Shown: positions 33,659 to 45,580, counted from the whole stretch's first letter. The stretch: 63,983 bases of DNA, filler included, from 14 parts of 14 records of this genome joined end to end with filler, not necessarily neighbours in it, one strand, 5' to 3'. Numbers and translations: made by a program. Notes: a model not told the origin generated them from the sequence alone.

Positions 33659-36165
33659 ATGTGGGACGCGTCACCGCGGCGTCTGGAGGCGTGCCCGCGC
33701 TCGTCGGATGTGGAAACGCTGACCCCGCGTGAGGCGCTCCGCCGGATGCCCTCGCCCTTCTTGCAGTCAGCCGAGCTGCCAGCCGAGGAGCCGCGCGAGG
33801 ATCCAATGTGGCTCGGTCCGGCGGGCGAGCTAACCAAGGCCCCGCTGATCGGCCCGACAGAGCCGGTGGCCGGCCGGGGGGTGCGGGGCTGGCTGCAGCT
33901 CCGGCTGCCTGCCATCATGATCGGACTTGTGCTCAACTTGCTCGACGCCATCCCATACGGTGCGCCCGGCTGCCGCCCGGCGGGCTGACCGGCCGGGCAG
34001 GGATGGCGATCCTGCCGGCCACCTTCGGGCACAGCGGCGGGCTCGGGGTGGCCTTGTGCTTCCTGTCGACCGCCACCGGCCAGCTGGCCATAACCGTTGG
34101 CTCCCGGTTCGAGTGCGGGCTGGGCTCGATGATGGTGGAGAACCTGCCCTTCTGGCACGCGATCGCCGAGTCGGTGCGAAGCAACGGCAATTGGGAGCAC
34201 CCGGCGCACGACTGCATTCCTACGGTGCTGGTGTTCTACGCGCTCTCGTCGGTTTTGGTCGGGGTGCTCTTCCATGTTGTGGCGGCGCTCAAGCTGGGCT
34301 CAGTTGTACAGTTCTTCCCGGCCACGGTGCTGATGGGCGTCATGGGCGGGATCGGGATCTTCCTGATCCAGACCGGGCTGGAGGCCTCCACCGGGCTGGT
34401 CATGAGTGACAGCAGCTGGCATGACTGGTGGACTCGGGACAGCGCCCCGCTCTGGGCAGTCTCAGTTGTGCTCGTGGCTTTGCACCGTGGGCTGCACGCC
34501 ACCAGCCTCGGCCGGCACAGCTGGTTCGACCCGGCCTTCTTCCTGTCGATTGTGCTCGGCTTCTACGCAGTGACAATGGCGGCACGATGCTCGATTGGCT
34601 CGCTCCGGTCTCAAAACTGGCTGTACCAGACGCCCAGCTCGGCCTCAGCCAACCCGATCCAGACCTTCCAAGCGTTCAGCCCGCTGAGCTCAGTCCAGTG
34701 GTCGCTGCTCCCCGACCAAATCCCCACGCTGCTCGGGCTGGCCTTCTTCTCCCTGCTGCACGTGCCTCTGAACATTCCGTTGATGGCTCAGCTCTGCCGA
34801 TGCGACGTGGACATAGACGCCGAGTTCCGAGTGCATGGCAACGCCAACCTGCTCGCGGGCGCGACCGGCACCCTCCAAAACTATCTGGTCTACTGTAACT
34901 CGGCGCTGTACAAGAAGAGCGGCGGGGGTGGCAGACTGGCTAGCTGCATCATCATCGTCGGCACCCTAGTGATGATGTCTGTCGGCTCTTTGGCAATAGG
35001 ATATATCCCACGCTGCCTGGCCGGGTGCATGATGGCCCAGCTCGGGCTGAGCTTTGTGGAGGACGCCGTGATCGCCTCGCGCCGGGCTCTAAAATGGAGC
35101 GAGCTGCTCACAGTGCTGGCGATCATGGCCTCAATGGCGGTGCTAGGGTTCCTGCAGGGCGTGGCCGTTGGGCTCGGGCTGGCCTGCCTGCTCTTTGTGG
35201 TCCAAGGCGCCCAGGGCAAGATCGTCCGACGCACACTCAACGGCAAAGCGCTCCGATCGAGGACGCAGTGGCCGGCCCGGCAAGAGCGCCGGCTCCAGCC
35301 GTGGCGAGGTGGGATCTGTGTGCTCCAGCTGCAGGGCCATCTCTTCTTTGGCAGTTTGAACCAGATGCGCGCAGCGGTCCGCGAGCTCACCTCGAGCCAG
35401 CCGTCGGCCCCGCCAGCCTCACAGGCAAGCTTCATAGTCGCCCCGGACCTGCTGCAGTCCACAGATGCGCTCACCTATCTGATTCTGGACTTTGAGCTCA
35501 TCTTGGACGCCGACTTTTCCGGCTGCAAAGCGCTCGCCCAAGTGCAAGCCGACTGTCCTGCTGGGTGCACACTGGTGCTGTGCAACGGTTCCCCCAGGCT
35601 ATGGTCTCAGCTATCGCACGCCGACTCAGAGATGGCCTCCGTCCCGATGCTGCCCTCGCTGTCAGCGGCGCTGGAGTGGTGCGAGATGCAAATCCTGGAC
35701 GGCTCCGGCCGCGAATCGGGTCTGGTTTCGCACGCCTCACTGCTGGAGTCGCTTGAGCAGCTCGGCATGAGCCATGCAGACGCTGTTGATTTCGGGTCAC
35801 TGTGGGAGCGGCGACGGCTGGTGCGAGGCGACCTGCTATGGGAGGTGGATTCGCGCCCGAGGGCTGTGTTCGTGGAGCAAGGAGAGCTCGAGGAGCAGAC
35901 GAGCGAGGGCCGTGTGGTGGTGCGGATGATTCCAGGTAATATTGCAGGGCTACCTGCTGTGGCACTGACGGAGCACCTGCAATCGGAGCTCGTGGTGACA
36001 AGTTCAGCAGCTGCCGTCCTCACATTATCTACAGAGGCTTGGCAGCAGATGCAAGCGGATCAGCCGAAGCTGGCTGCGGCGGCGTCAGTGCTTGCACTCC
36101 AATTGGCTTCATTGTGGTGGCGGAATAATCGAGCGACGGCCGTGGACCTTAATGACAGCTTTTAA
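33659..36165 (+). CDS. SulP/SLC26 transporter with STAS and cNMP-binding domains (fungal Vsb1/YGR125W-like); 1 intron
   Basis: LLDAIPYG|MAILP, GSMMVENLPFWH, FFSLLHVPLNIP, QNYLVYCNS, LQLQGHLFFG, ALEWCE, and a C-terminal cNMP beta-roll. Confidence 0.85.
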
Positions 36166-36270
36166 TTAATTAAACTCTGAGTGACCCCGAGCGTTATAGG
36201 GTGAGCTTGACTAAATACTGACTAAAACGATTCGTCCGATAATAGTCCGATAAGTTTTTATTCATTGATT

Positions 36271-38083
36271 TCATTCCCATTGCTTCTTGGCCTTTTTCCG
36301 GCGTTGCTGCTCACCGCTCTTGGCCTTTACTGAAGCTACAAGCCGCTTGAGCGAGTCCTGTTTCTTATCAGACCCCGTGAGGGTACTCTTAGAGGCTTCT
36401 GCATCTTTGTCCCTTCCTTGCTGCGAGCCGCCCTTCTTTGCACGCTTCTTGATGAGCTCCTGCAAAGCCAAATCATAAAAGTCAGCCACTCGGAGCACAG
36501 CACCTCCTGCAGCTGCTTCATCCCAGGAGTGTTCTTGAGCTGGCCTGAGGTGGGGTCCAGATGAAATTTGCGGTCAGTGGCAAGCTTGCTAAACCTGTCA
36601 ATATCCTCAGCCGCGCCCAGGCCTACAGCCGGGACCGAGAGTCCTGTACATCCATCTCAAAGTTGCCGCCTGCAGGCAAGTCTGCGTCATCCTCGTCCTT
36701 CTTGGCGTGCCGCTTCTTCTTCTTCTTCTTGCCCTTACCCTGAACCGGCCTTAGTCGAGCACAGTTCAGAGCTATCACCTGAGCGACTAGCTGATTTACA
36801 TCAAACCCGCGCTCGGCCTCGCCCTCGTTCTCGTCCTCGTCCATCATTAGCAGTTCCATCTCCGCCTTCTCGCGCGCCGCCTCCGCCTTCTCCTCGGCGG
36901 TCAGCTTGCCTTTCCCCTGCAGCCTCCCTCACACTCAGCAGGCCAGCCTCGCGCCTTGGATTTGGTCTTCTTGGCTGGCTTGGCCTGTGGCGGCGGCTGC
37001 TCGTCTTCAGAGTCTCGGTCAAACCCGTCCATATCGAGCTCCTGCTGGAAAAACGGATCGTTAAACACTCCTCCGCTCGGCTCTGGCTCCTCCTCCTCCT
37101 CATCCTCCCGCGCGGCCGCCTTCTTGCCGGCCCGCCGCTCCTTCTTTTTAGCCTTCCTGCGCTCCTCGTATTGGTCAAACACAGTCATCCCGGCCTCGTC
37201 CTTCTTTTTTTGGACTCTCTTGAGTACGTCTTGCCCGGCCTGCTCAAGCCCCACATTCCAGGTGATCTCAAAGCCCTCATCCTCGTCCTTATCAGAGGCT
37301 TGATCGCCCCCAGATCCGCCTGCAGCCTCTCTCAGTCCGGGCCGGCTGCGTGCGAACCGAGAAGATGCTTCAATTTGTCAGCATTGGCGTCCTCGTCGCT
37401 CTCGGCCTCCTCTGAGCCTGCACAGCCTCAGCCACCCCCGGACCCAGCCGGCCACTTGAGCATGCGAGCACATCTGCCAGCGCCTCTTCGTCGTAGTCGC
37501 CCTTGGAGAAATCCTGCCCCGCCCGCTGAGTGGTCCGCTCACCCACCCGCAGCACCTGCCGGAACAGCCGCGATCGCTTTGGGTCCTCCGCCTCCCACGC
37601 AATGTCCGCCTGCATTCCCAGCTCAGCCAGGGCTGACCGCGGGCGGGACCTTGGTGTGTTCGAGCGCCTTTGTGGCAAAGTCTGGCGCCGCGTAGTTTTG
37701 GTTTACACTCTCACAGGTCGAGCTGGGCTCCTTGGCCAGCTTAGCCACAAAACTGCCATGCACGAACCTGCACAGCCGTCAGCAGCAGCAGCATGCACCG
37801 GCTGCACCGGAGGTCTAGTTTATTGGCTGAATGCTCAAACTCCAGGCCGTCGCACTGCTTGTATATGGCCGTTGCGGTCTCAATCTGACAGAGGCTCAGC
37901 TGGCTGCTCGGCAGCTCGGCACCGAGTCGCAGTATACGAGCCCCACAAAGTAGCCCATCCGCTGCCGCTGGTAACGCCGCATCTGCTCATTTGCGATCTG
38001 GGCCTGCCGCTCCTCCTTCTGCTTGAAAGCTACCCTCTGATCCAGCGACCCGCCCTCGTCCTCCTCCTCCTCCTCCTCCTCGT
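36271..38083 (-). CDS. ESF1: Pre-rRNA processing factor ESF1, C-terminal two-thirds, multi-intron
   Basis: YKQCDGLEFEHSANKLDLR, MELLMMDED..RGFDVNQL, and NUC153-type FEMDVQDSR|FSKL...FHLDPT. Confidence 0.85.
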
Positions 38084-38183
38084 NNNNNNNNNNNNNNNNN
38101 NNNNNNNNNNNNNNNNNNNNNNNNNNNTTAATTAATTAANNNNNNNNNNNNNNNNNNNNNNNNNNNNNNNNNNNNNNNNNNNN

Positions 38184-38359
38184 CGCGCGCTCTCCAGCCC
38201 GTGCTCCTCGCAAGCCTGCTCGCCCAGCTCCTCCCGCACCGCCCGCACCGCCGCGGCCATCGCGCGCCCCGTGCGGCCGGCCAACGCAAACGAGCGCGGG
38301 TGCACCGGCAGCCGCCGCACCACCAGCGGGAGCAGACTGTCCCCGACCAGCGACTCCAT
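38184..38359 (-). CDS. 5' fragment of a protein with an F-box-like N-terminus
   Basis: MESLVGDSLLPLVVRRLPVHPRSFALAGRTGRAMAAAV; truncated by the spacer. Confidence 0.4.
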
Positions 38360-38597
38360 CGCGACTACCCCAAGCAGGCTGCAGCTGGCGCCCTGCAGCC
38401 GCCCGAGAGCCAAACGCCGGCCGCGCGAAAGTCCGGAGAAAGACCGGCCAGTGCGCTGCGGGGACTGCCGGCGCACGGGAGCGGGCACGTAAGGGCGCGG
38501 AGGAGGCTTTCGGCCGGGTTGGGCAGTCGGTTCGGCTCCACGGAGACGCCCGCGGTGCGGACTTGCGTCAGAACGGCGGCTTGTTGACCGCTCCCCG

Positions 38598-39800
38598 ATG
38601 CTCGGTCGCATCTCGCTCAGCGTGGCTCGGCGCGCTGGGGCCGTCACATTGACGGCCCCAGTGGCCCGCCGCCCCTATGCGCCCTCGGCGGGCTTCTCGG
38701 CGGCACGGCCAGGGCTAGTGGTCGGGCCTGAAAGCAACGTGCCGTCCGGGGTGGCGAGTAAGGTCGGGGTGAACCTGCACCAGCAGGAGAAGCACCCGCT
38801 GAACACGATCAAGACGCTCATCGAGGCGTCTTTTCCGGCCTTTGAGAGCATCGACGATCTGCACCCGGTAGTGACGACGCAGGCCTGCTTCGAGGAGTTG
38901 CTGATCCCGCAGGACCACGTGTCCCGATCACGCAGCGACACATTTTATGTGACCGACCAGACGGTGCTCCGGCCGCATACCAGCGCCCACCAGACCCAGC
39001 TGATGCGGGCTGGCAAGCGGTCGTTCCTGGTGACCGGTGACGTCTACCGGCGCGACGAGGTGGACTCAAGTCATTACCCGGTCTTCCATCAGATGGAAGG
39101 TGTCCGCATCTTTGGCACACATGAGCTGCCCGGGGCCGCGTCGGGTGGCGCCCGCTCGGCCGAGGCGACGGCGTTCGTGGAGGGCGACCTGAAGCGGTCG
39201 CTCGAGGGCATGGTGGCTAGTGTGTTTGGGGATGTTGAGATGCGCTGGGTGGATGCATACTTCCCTTTCACCGACCCTTCATTCGAGCTGGAGATTTACT
39301 TTCACGGCGACTGGCTCGAAGTGCTAGGCTGCGGGGTGGTCCAGCACCGGATCCTGGATGAGGCTGGCCTGCGCGACTGCAACGGCTGGGCTTTCGGGCT
39401 TGGGCTCGAACGACTGGCCATGGTGCTGTTCGGTATCCCGGACATTCGGCTGTTTTGGTCGCAGGACCCCCGGTTCATTTCGCAGTTCGAGTCCGGTCGG
39501 GTTGTTGCGTTCCAGCCGTACAGCAAGTACCCGCCGTGCTACAAGGACATGACGTTCTGGCTCCCAGAGCGGTATCACCCCAACGATCTCGCTGCTGTCG
39601 TCCGCGAGGTTGCCGGAGACCTCGTGGAGCAGATAGAGGTGATAGACGAGTTCACACACCCGAAGACCCTCCGGGATAGCCACTGCTACCGGATCACGTA
39701 TCGCTCGATGGACCAGTCGTTGACCAACGAGCATGTCGACGCTCTTCAAGAGCAAGTGCGCCAGCAGGTCGCGTCGGAGCTGGGCGCGGAGCTCCGATGA
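38598..39800 (+). CDS. FARS2: Monomeric organellar (mitochondrial) phenylalanyl-tRNA synthetase, intronless
   Basis: Presequence; HTSAHQ, GDVYRRDEVDSSHYPVFHQMEG, YFPFTDPSFELE, WAFGLGLERLAM, and a C-terminal FDX-ACB domain. Confidence 0.97.
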   Translation: MLGRISLSVARRAGAVTLTAPVARRPYAPSAGFSAARPGLVVGPESNVPSGVASKVGVNLHQQEKHPLNTIKTLIEASFPAFESIDDLHPVVTTQACFEELLIPQDHVSRSRSDTFYVTDQTVLRPHTSAHQTQLMRAGKRSFLVTGDVYRRDEVDSSHYPVFHQMEGVRIFGTHELPGAASGGARSAEATAFVEGDLKRSLEGMVASVFGDVEMRWVDAYFPFTDPSFELEIYFHGDWLEVLGCGVVQHRILDEAGLRDCNGWAFGLGLERLAMVLFGIPDIRLFWSQDPRFISQFESGRVVAFQPYSKYPPCYKDMTFWLPERYHPNDLAAVVREVAGDLVEQIEVIDEFTHPKTLRDSHCYRITYRSMDQSLTNEHVDALQEQVRQQVASELGAELR

Positions 39801-40031
39801 GAACAAGGCATTAGTGCCACAAGATTGTAGGATGATGAGCTTAAACTCATGTTGATTAAACTCCTTTTTAATTAATTGACAACTTTAGTAGCTTGATGAG
39901 ACTAGACAGACATGTATATGTACTGATGGATTCAGTAGATATATATAATTCCAATCAAAATGCTAAACTTCGGATTTCCATCCATTGCAACCTATAGTCC
40001 TTGTACGCAGGCTGCTTTGAAGTCTCGGTCG

Positions 40032-40898
40032 TCACCCCAGCGTAGCGAGCATCGCCAGGCCGTCAAGCACAGCCTGCGGGTGGCTCCAGATTACCCCGTG
40101 CGGCGCTCCATCCACCGGCACCAGCCGGGCCCGGGGCAACAGCTCGATCAACCGCTGCTGCTCAGCCCGCGGGAACACGCCGTCGGCCGTCCCCCAGACC
40201 AGCACGGCAGGGCATCTGACTCCGGCCAGCTCAGCAGTGTGGTCTTCGTCCAGCATCGCCTGCCACGCTTCCTTGTACGCCCGCAGGTCCGCTTTGAGCG
40301 TTTCGGCCATCACTTGGTCGCAGAATCGTCGGCTCAGCGTGCCCTGCGCCACAAATGGCCCCAAATCGCCCAGTTGAAACTCCCTCAAGAAGTCCAGGTC
40401 CGGCTGGTCTTCCCACTCGCTGATCATCAGGCCTATCTCTCGCATGGTAGTGCCGTCCGACGGATCCACCACATACTCCGGGTCCAGCTTGGCCCCGGCC
40501 CCGCACAGCACCAGCCCGGCCACCCTGTCCGGCCATCGGGCCGCCACCAGCGTGCTGATCAGGGTTCCCATCGAGTGCCCCACCAGTACCACCGAGCTCA
40601 GCCGCAACTGATCCATCACCGCCACCACGTCCCGCGCGTACGCCTCCACTGTGTACGGCCCGGTCTTGCTCGAGTCGCCCCACCCGCGCAGCGTTAGCGC
40701 CAGCACCCGGCGGGTCTGGCTGCCGGCTAGTTGCAGCAGCTCGGTCCACGACCGCCACGAGTCGAGGAAACCGTGGATCAGCAGCAACGGCGGCTCGGCT
40801 GCCGCGCCGCCCGGCCGGTCGAAAGCCGAGATTGAGGCCCCGGAGTCCAGCTCGACCGCGGTGCGGTGGTGATGCCACGGGTCGAAGGCCTCCTCCAT
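40032..40898 (-). CDS. Alpha/beta hydrolase, intronless
   Basis: LLIHGF, LRGWGDS, nucleophile motif GHSMG, WGTADGV, APHGV. Confidence 0.92.
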   Translation of the reverse strand: MEEAFDPWHHHRTAVELDSGASISAFDRPGGAAAEPPLLLIHGFLDSWRSWTELLQLAGSQTRRVLALTLRGWGDSSKTGPYTVEAYARDVVAVMDQLRLSSVVLVGHSMGTLISTLVAARWPDRVAGLVLCGAGAKLDPEYVVDPSDGTTMREIGLMISEWEDQPDLDFLREFQLGDLGPFVAQGTLSRRFCDQVMAETLKADLRAYKEAWQAMLDEDHTAELAGVRCPAVLVWGTADGVFPRAEQQRLIELLPRARLVPVDGAPHGVIWSHPQAVLDGLAMLATLG

Positions 40899-40927
40899 TC
40901 CTCAGCTGATTTTCCGTTATTCGTTCC
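40899..40927. promoter_or_regulatory. 29-bp interval between divergent start codons containing CCGTTA (TAACGG on the minus strand)
   Basis: ATG at 40898(-) and ATG at 40928(+); motif at 40914-40919. Confidence 0.5.
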
Positions 40928-41593
40928 ATGGGTTGGCCCGCGCTCCCTCTGGTGGCCTTGAGGCGCGGTGTGTGGCAGCGGGGCACAGCGCAAAGAAGAA
41001 CGCCAAGGCCAACGCCTCGACGCTGAGCTGGCGGTTCAACGGGTTGCTGGCGGTCAACCTGCTCTTCTTGGCCTATCGGGTGGGCTGGCACTGGGCTTCG
41101 TTCGGCTGGGTGAGTTGCGGGCTGCTCGGAGCGGCCTGGCTGCTCTATCTGTTCTGCTACTCCCAGTTCAAGGCGGCCGCCGCCAGGTGCCCCGCCCGCC
41201 CGGTCCGAGCGACGGGTGGTTAGCGACCTGCATAACATCACCGAGGTGGGCGAGTACTGGAGCGACGTCTTCCTGGTGACCATCGCGGCACAGGCAGTGG
41301 CCATCCTGTCCGACCTCGGGTGCCCCGCCGGCCGGGGCCCTGGCTGAGTCGCGGGCGCAGCTGGCTGGTGATGCTGATCATCCCCGGTGACTGCCCGCCC
41401 GGCCGGCCGCCGCAGCAGGGGTCGCAGTCTACCTCGGCGTGAGCTCGGCCATCAGTTGGGCGTCGGCACCGGAGACGGTGCGCGGCCGGGCCGGGAGGCG
41501 GGGAGCGCGGGGCAGGAGCCGGCCGAGGAGGAGCAGGCTGCGAGCAAGAAGAAGAAGCCTAAAGCTAGGCTCTCAAACAACAAGGTCCGCTGA
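40928..41593 (+). CDS. TMEM208: TMEM208/SND2 (DUF788) ER membrane protein, about 5 introns
   Basis: MAGHSAKKNAKAN, DLHNITEVGEYWSDVFLVT, WLVMLIIP, and a Lys-rich tail. Confidence 0.8.
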
Positions 41594-41912
41594 TCGAGCT
41601 GTCGGTGCACGAGCTCAGCCAACGCTGCACACACGAGTCCTGTGCCGCCAGCCACTAGAGCGGGTCTTAGGGTGCGGCTTTTGATGTATGCTTGCGCAAA
41701 TCGGCCCGAGGCAAGATGCAAGGCTGGCGGAGCACGTACGGTACAGTTACGGTACAGTGGCCCGCGGCCGTAGGCAGTAAGGCCAACCTATGCCATAGTG
41801 TGCCATAGTAGTGCCATAGATCTACATACATGTCTACAGACTCCATGTAAAGTGTTAGCGCCACATGTATGCAACTCTATTACACAGCTCTGCTCCATGC
41901 GCAATTCTGTAA

Positions 41913-42163
41913 TCACTCTAATGACTTGCGCCGCTTGTCGGCCTCATTCATCACGAAGCCGAGCTCAAACGCCAGCTCGTCCCGCCGCGCCTCAGGCCCA
42001 CCCTCTCCCAGGTGCCCCCTGTCCTCAAACACCTGCAGCCATGCGCTGAACCCCGTCCCCGGGCCGGGCCGCCTGGACCAGCACCACCGGGCCCTCTTCC
42101 CCGCGGTAAGCCCCGCCCGCCCTCACTCGCTCCGCATACTTTAACACTCCCCAATACGGCACC
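41913..42163 (-). CDS. C-terminal fragment of an S9 peptidase (oligopeptidase B/PREPL-like)
   Basis: VPYWGVLKYAERVR...VVLVQ|VFEDRGHLGEGG...AFELGFV (catalytic His); GC-AG intron 42033-42072. Confidence 0.7.
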
Positions 42164-42389
42164 NNNNNNNNNNNNNNNNNNNNNNNNNNNNNNNNNNNNN
42201 NNNNNNNTTAATTAATTAANNNNNNNNNNNNNNNNNNNNNNNNNNNNNNNNNNNNNNNNNNNNCAATCCGATTAAAATCCATGTTCCGCGAGCCTTTTAA
42301 TTAGGGTGTCAAGAATAGGCTAGATTACAAGGTAGTCTACTTTAGTACAGCGTACTACGTACGGTAGTCTAATAAATCACGGATTGCAC

Positions 42390-45237
42390 ATGAACAGGCA
42401 CGCGCGAAAGGCGAGGGCAGCGGTGGTGGCCGGGCTCTTCTGGGCGGCCGGGGCGGCCACGGTGCTGCGGGCAACGGACTGGCGGGACGGGCGAGTGAGC
42501 GACGATCCGGTGCTCCCAAGCACCGCCAATCTCTCAGCTTGTGTGGCGCTCTGCCGTGCCCGACCGGACTGTGTCGCCGTCTCGTGGTCGGGCCCCGGGT
42601 CGGCTCCTTCCGACCTCAACACGTGTAGCCCCAAGTGCGCAGCAACGGCAAGGCAACGGATCCGCGTGCCCGGGCACCTCGGAGTGATTGTGCGGCCCGG
42701 GCTGACGGTGTGCCCCGGCCCGGGCTGGTTCCCGTCCAGCTGGGCGCCCGAGATCAGCCGGGGCTCGATGCTCATAGCCGGACCCAAGCAGGAAGGCGGG
42801 CACGTCGGCAATGGGTACGTTGGCGCCTGGATCAAGGGTCTGGTCGGCACCGCTGGGCCGGTCCAGAGCGGCGTGGAGCACGTGGTGGGGGTGTTCGCCG
42901 GCCGAAACACCAACCAGACCGCCCATTCCCCGCACGACCCGAGCTCGCCCAATTACGGATGTGTCAGCTGGTGCGACCGGGCGCACAAGGCCGATTTGCC
43001 TTCATTCACTAGCACGGCCACAGTCGCTTCGATTAACAACGAGACCGACCCGCACACCGCGAGTGCGATGGATCTGCAACGAGCTGCATACCGGCGGGTC
43101 AGCGCCACGCGCGACCGGCGGGTGTGGTGCGTTCAGAACACCTACGCGCATCGGGAGCGGAAACACGTGCTCGTCACCGAATTCCGGTGCTCCAACGAGG
43201 GGAACGTTCAAGCTGAGGTCGTGCTCACTGAGCCCGGGCCGCACCCAATCGCGGCGCCCACGGCCGAGCTGACCAATCAGAGCGTGCCGTCAGGGCTGGA
43301 TAGGGTGCGCTGCTCCAGGATGCAGGTCAGAAGAGGCGAGACAGACCTCTCTCCCAGGGCTATCGTGTCCGAGTGCCACAGCGTGTGTGACCAACGCCGG
43401 TTCGTAGCTCCAACCCCTCCCCCTTGAACCTAGCGCAGGTTTACGGTCGATGCGGGGCAAGAGGAGTTTGTGGCCTGTGTGTCTGCCCGGCACACAACGG
43501 TCGACGGACTGGGGGCTCCCACTTTAGAGAATGATTGGGGCTCCAAGCTGATTCCTTCTGACGCTGATCCGACCCCTCTGGCCATCGCAAGCTGGAGGGC
43601 TGCGGATAAGACGGCCGAGACTCTCTTCGGCTCACATGTAGCCGCAATGCGGCGGGTGCTGCGGCCCGGTATTGAGGTGGACGGTGACGCCAACCTGGCC
43701 AAGATCATCAACTCCTCTGTGCTCAGTCTGCTCAGCACCTTCCGTGCCTCTGAGCACTTTGGAGGGGCTGCCTCCGGCGGGCTGTGTGGCGACGCATACG
43801 CTGGCGGGACGGGCGGCGGTTGGGATTTGGAGACTTGGCAGCTGCCTTGGTTGCTGCTCTTCTACCCAGAGATGACGCACAGTCTCTTGCAGTATCGTAT
43901 AGACCGGATGGCGGCTGCGAGTGTCATTGCGCACACGGCTGTTGGGCCGCCCACGATCGACCGCAACGTCTCGTGGGACGGGCTGCGCTACCCGATTATG
44001 GCAGCTCTCACAGGCCTAGACAACGATGGCGTCTCCTCCGGAAACTCTGGGAGTCCGGCCCATGGTTACGTTACTTTCCCTTCAGAGGTGCATCGCTGCC
44101 CGATGCTCACTAACTGACACGTGGCGGTGGCAGGATCACATGACAGGCGACATCAGCCTGGCCGCGCAGCAGTACTACGCCGCGAGCCGCAACGTGACTT
44201 GGCTTCGATCCGGAGGCGGCTTTGCGATTATCGAAGGGATTGCCCGGTTCTGGGCTTCCAAGGCGCAACGGAATCCTGACGGGAGCTGGAGCATTCCACA
44301 GACACAGTCGCCGGATGAGTACCACACTAATGTCACAGACGCGGTGTTTGTGAATGCTGTGGCCAAGCAGTCATTGTATGGGGCTTATCAGCTGGCACCA
44401 GCCGCTGGACGTGTCCCCAATGCCACTTTCAAGCGAGTAGCCGACGAGTTGCGAATGCTCTACTGCCCGCCTGGGGGCGGCCCAGACTGCGGTGGCAACC
44501 AGCAGCGCGACTTTCACCCAGCGTTCGTCAACGGTGCGAGCGGCACAATCTTCAACGCCACGTGCGTACCCGAGCCGGGAACTATCAGTGGCCAGTGCCA
44601 GGTGCTGCCAGATGGCGGGAAGATCAAACAAGCCGACGTGCTGTTAATCTACTACCCTCTGACCACCGAGGCCAGCCCGAGCACCAAGAGAAACGATCTG
44701 GATCTGTACTCACGGCTCACCGACATTGTTGGGCCGGCGATGACATGGATGATCCACTCGATTGCTTACGGCGACATCGGCGACGACCAGAAGGCCGCCC
44801 AGTACTTCAGGAAGAGCTGGACTGGGCTGGTGCGCTCGCCTTTCTTTGTGTGGCACGAGGGCTTCAACGAGTTTGGAGGCGTACCGAATTTCATCAACGG
44901 CGCTGGCATGTTTCTTGTGAATGTCGCCGCTGGGTATGGGGGGGTCCGTTGGAACTTAACTGACGGGAGTCTCGGGCTGAATCGACCACGACCCCCGCCA
45001 AACTGCACTAGGCTTGTGCTCCGTCGGGTGTTTTACAGGGGTGCCTTGCTCAACATCGAGGCGACGGCGGATCGTTGGACAGTCGCGTTGGACGAGCCGG
45101 CGCCGCCGGGTGTGGCGTTGCAGCTCAGGCGGCATGGGGCGCCGGTGAGGCCTCTGACCACAGTGGCTCTGATGCAGCCGGCTGGTAGCTCAGCGACGGT
45201 CGTACAGCTCAACGATAATGAGCGTATGTATGTTTGA
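42390..45237 (+). CDS. Secreted GH65 glycosidase (PGGHG/acid-trehalase-like) with an N-terminal PAN/apple-like domain; 2 introns
   Basis: Signal peptide; ACVALCRARPDCVAVSW; WDLETW, HMTGDI, SPDEYH, IKQADV, GPAMTW, NFINGAG. Confidence 0.85.
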
Positions 45238-45389
45238 CGTATGTTTGACGATCAAACATACCTGATTAATTTACATACCGGTACAAGTTAGGTACAAGTA
45301 TACGTATAGGCGGCAAACAATTGTCCTAAGGTTTAGAACATGCGATTTATGCTTGATTTATGCCTACGTATGCCTGCCTACGTATCCTT

Positions 45390-45580
45390 TTACTCGTAGG
45401 AAGAGCATGACAACGGTGAGCTGCAGCCGCTTGCAGACTAGGGCGGTGTAAGGGCGGTGGTGGCGAAGGGCCTCGGGTGTACCGGCAGCTGAAGGACGCA
45501 CAACCCGAGCAGGCCGTCGTTCAGCCGCGCCAGGCCGTCGGCCGCAAGGCGCCGTCTCTTGGACTCAGACTGCGACATGA
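45390..45580 (-). pseudogene. Frameshifted F-box-like gene remnant
   Basis: MSQSESKRRRLAADGLARLNDGLLGLCVLQLPVHPRPFATTAL, then an 11-nt duplication shifts VCKRLQ out of frame. Confidence 0.4.

Noticed and set aside
36162-36173. TTAATTAATTAA without flanking Ns, as a hidden contig join
   Set aside because: It overlaps the natural stop codon of the transporter, and similar TAATTAAT runs occur in other AT-rich 3' regions (21478, 24577, 39868).
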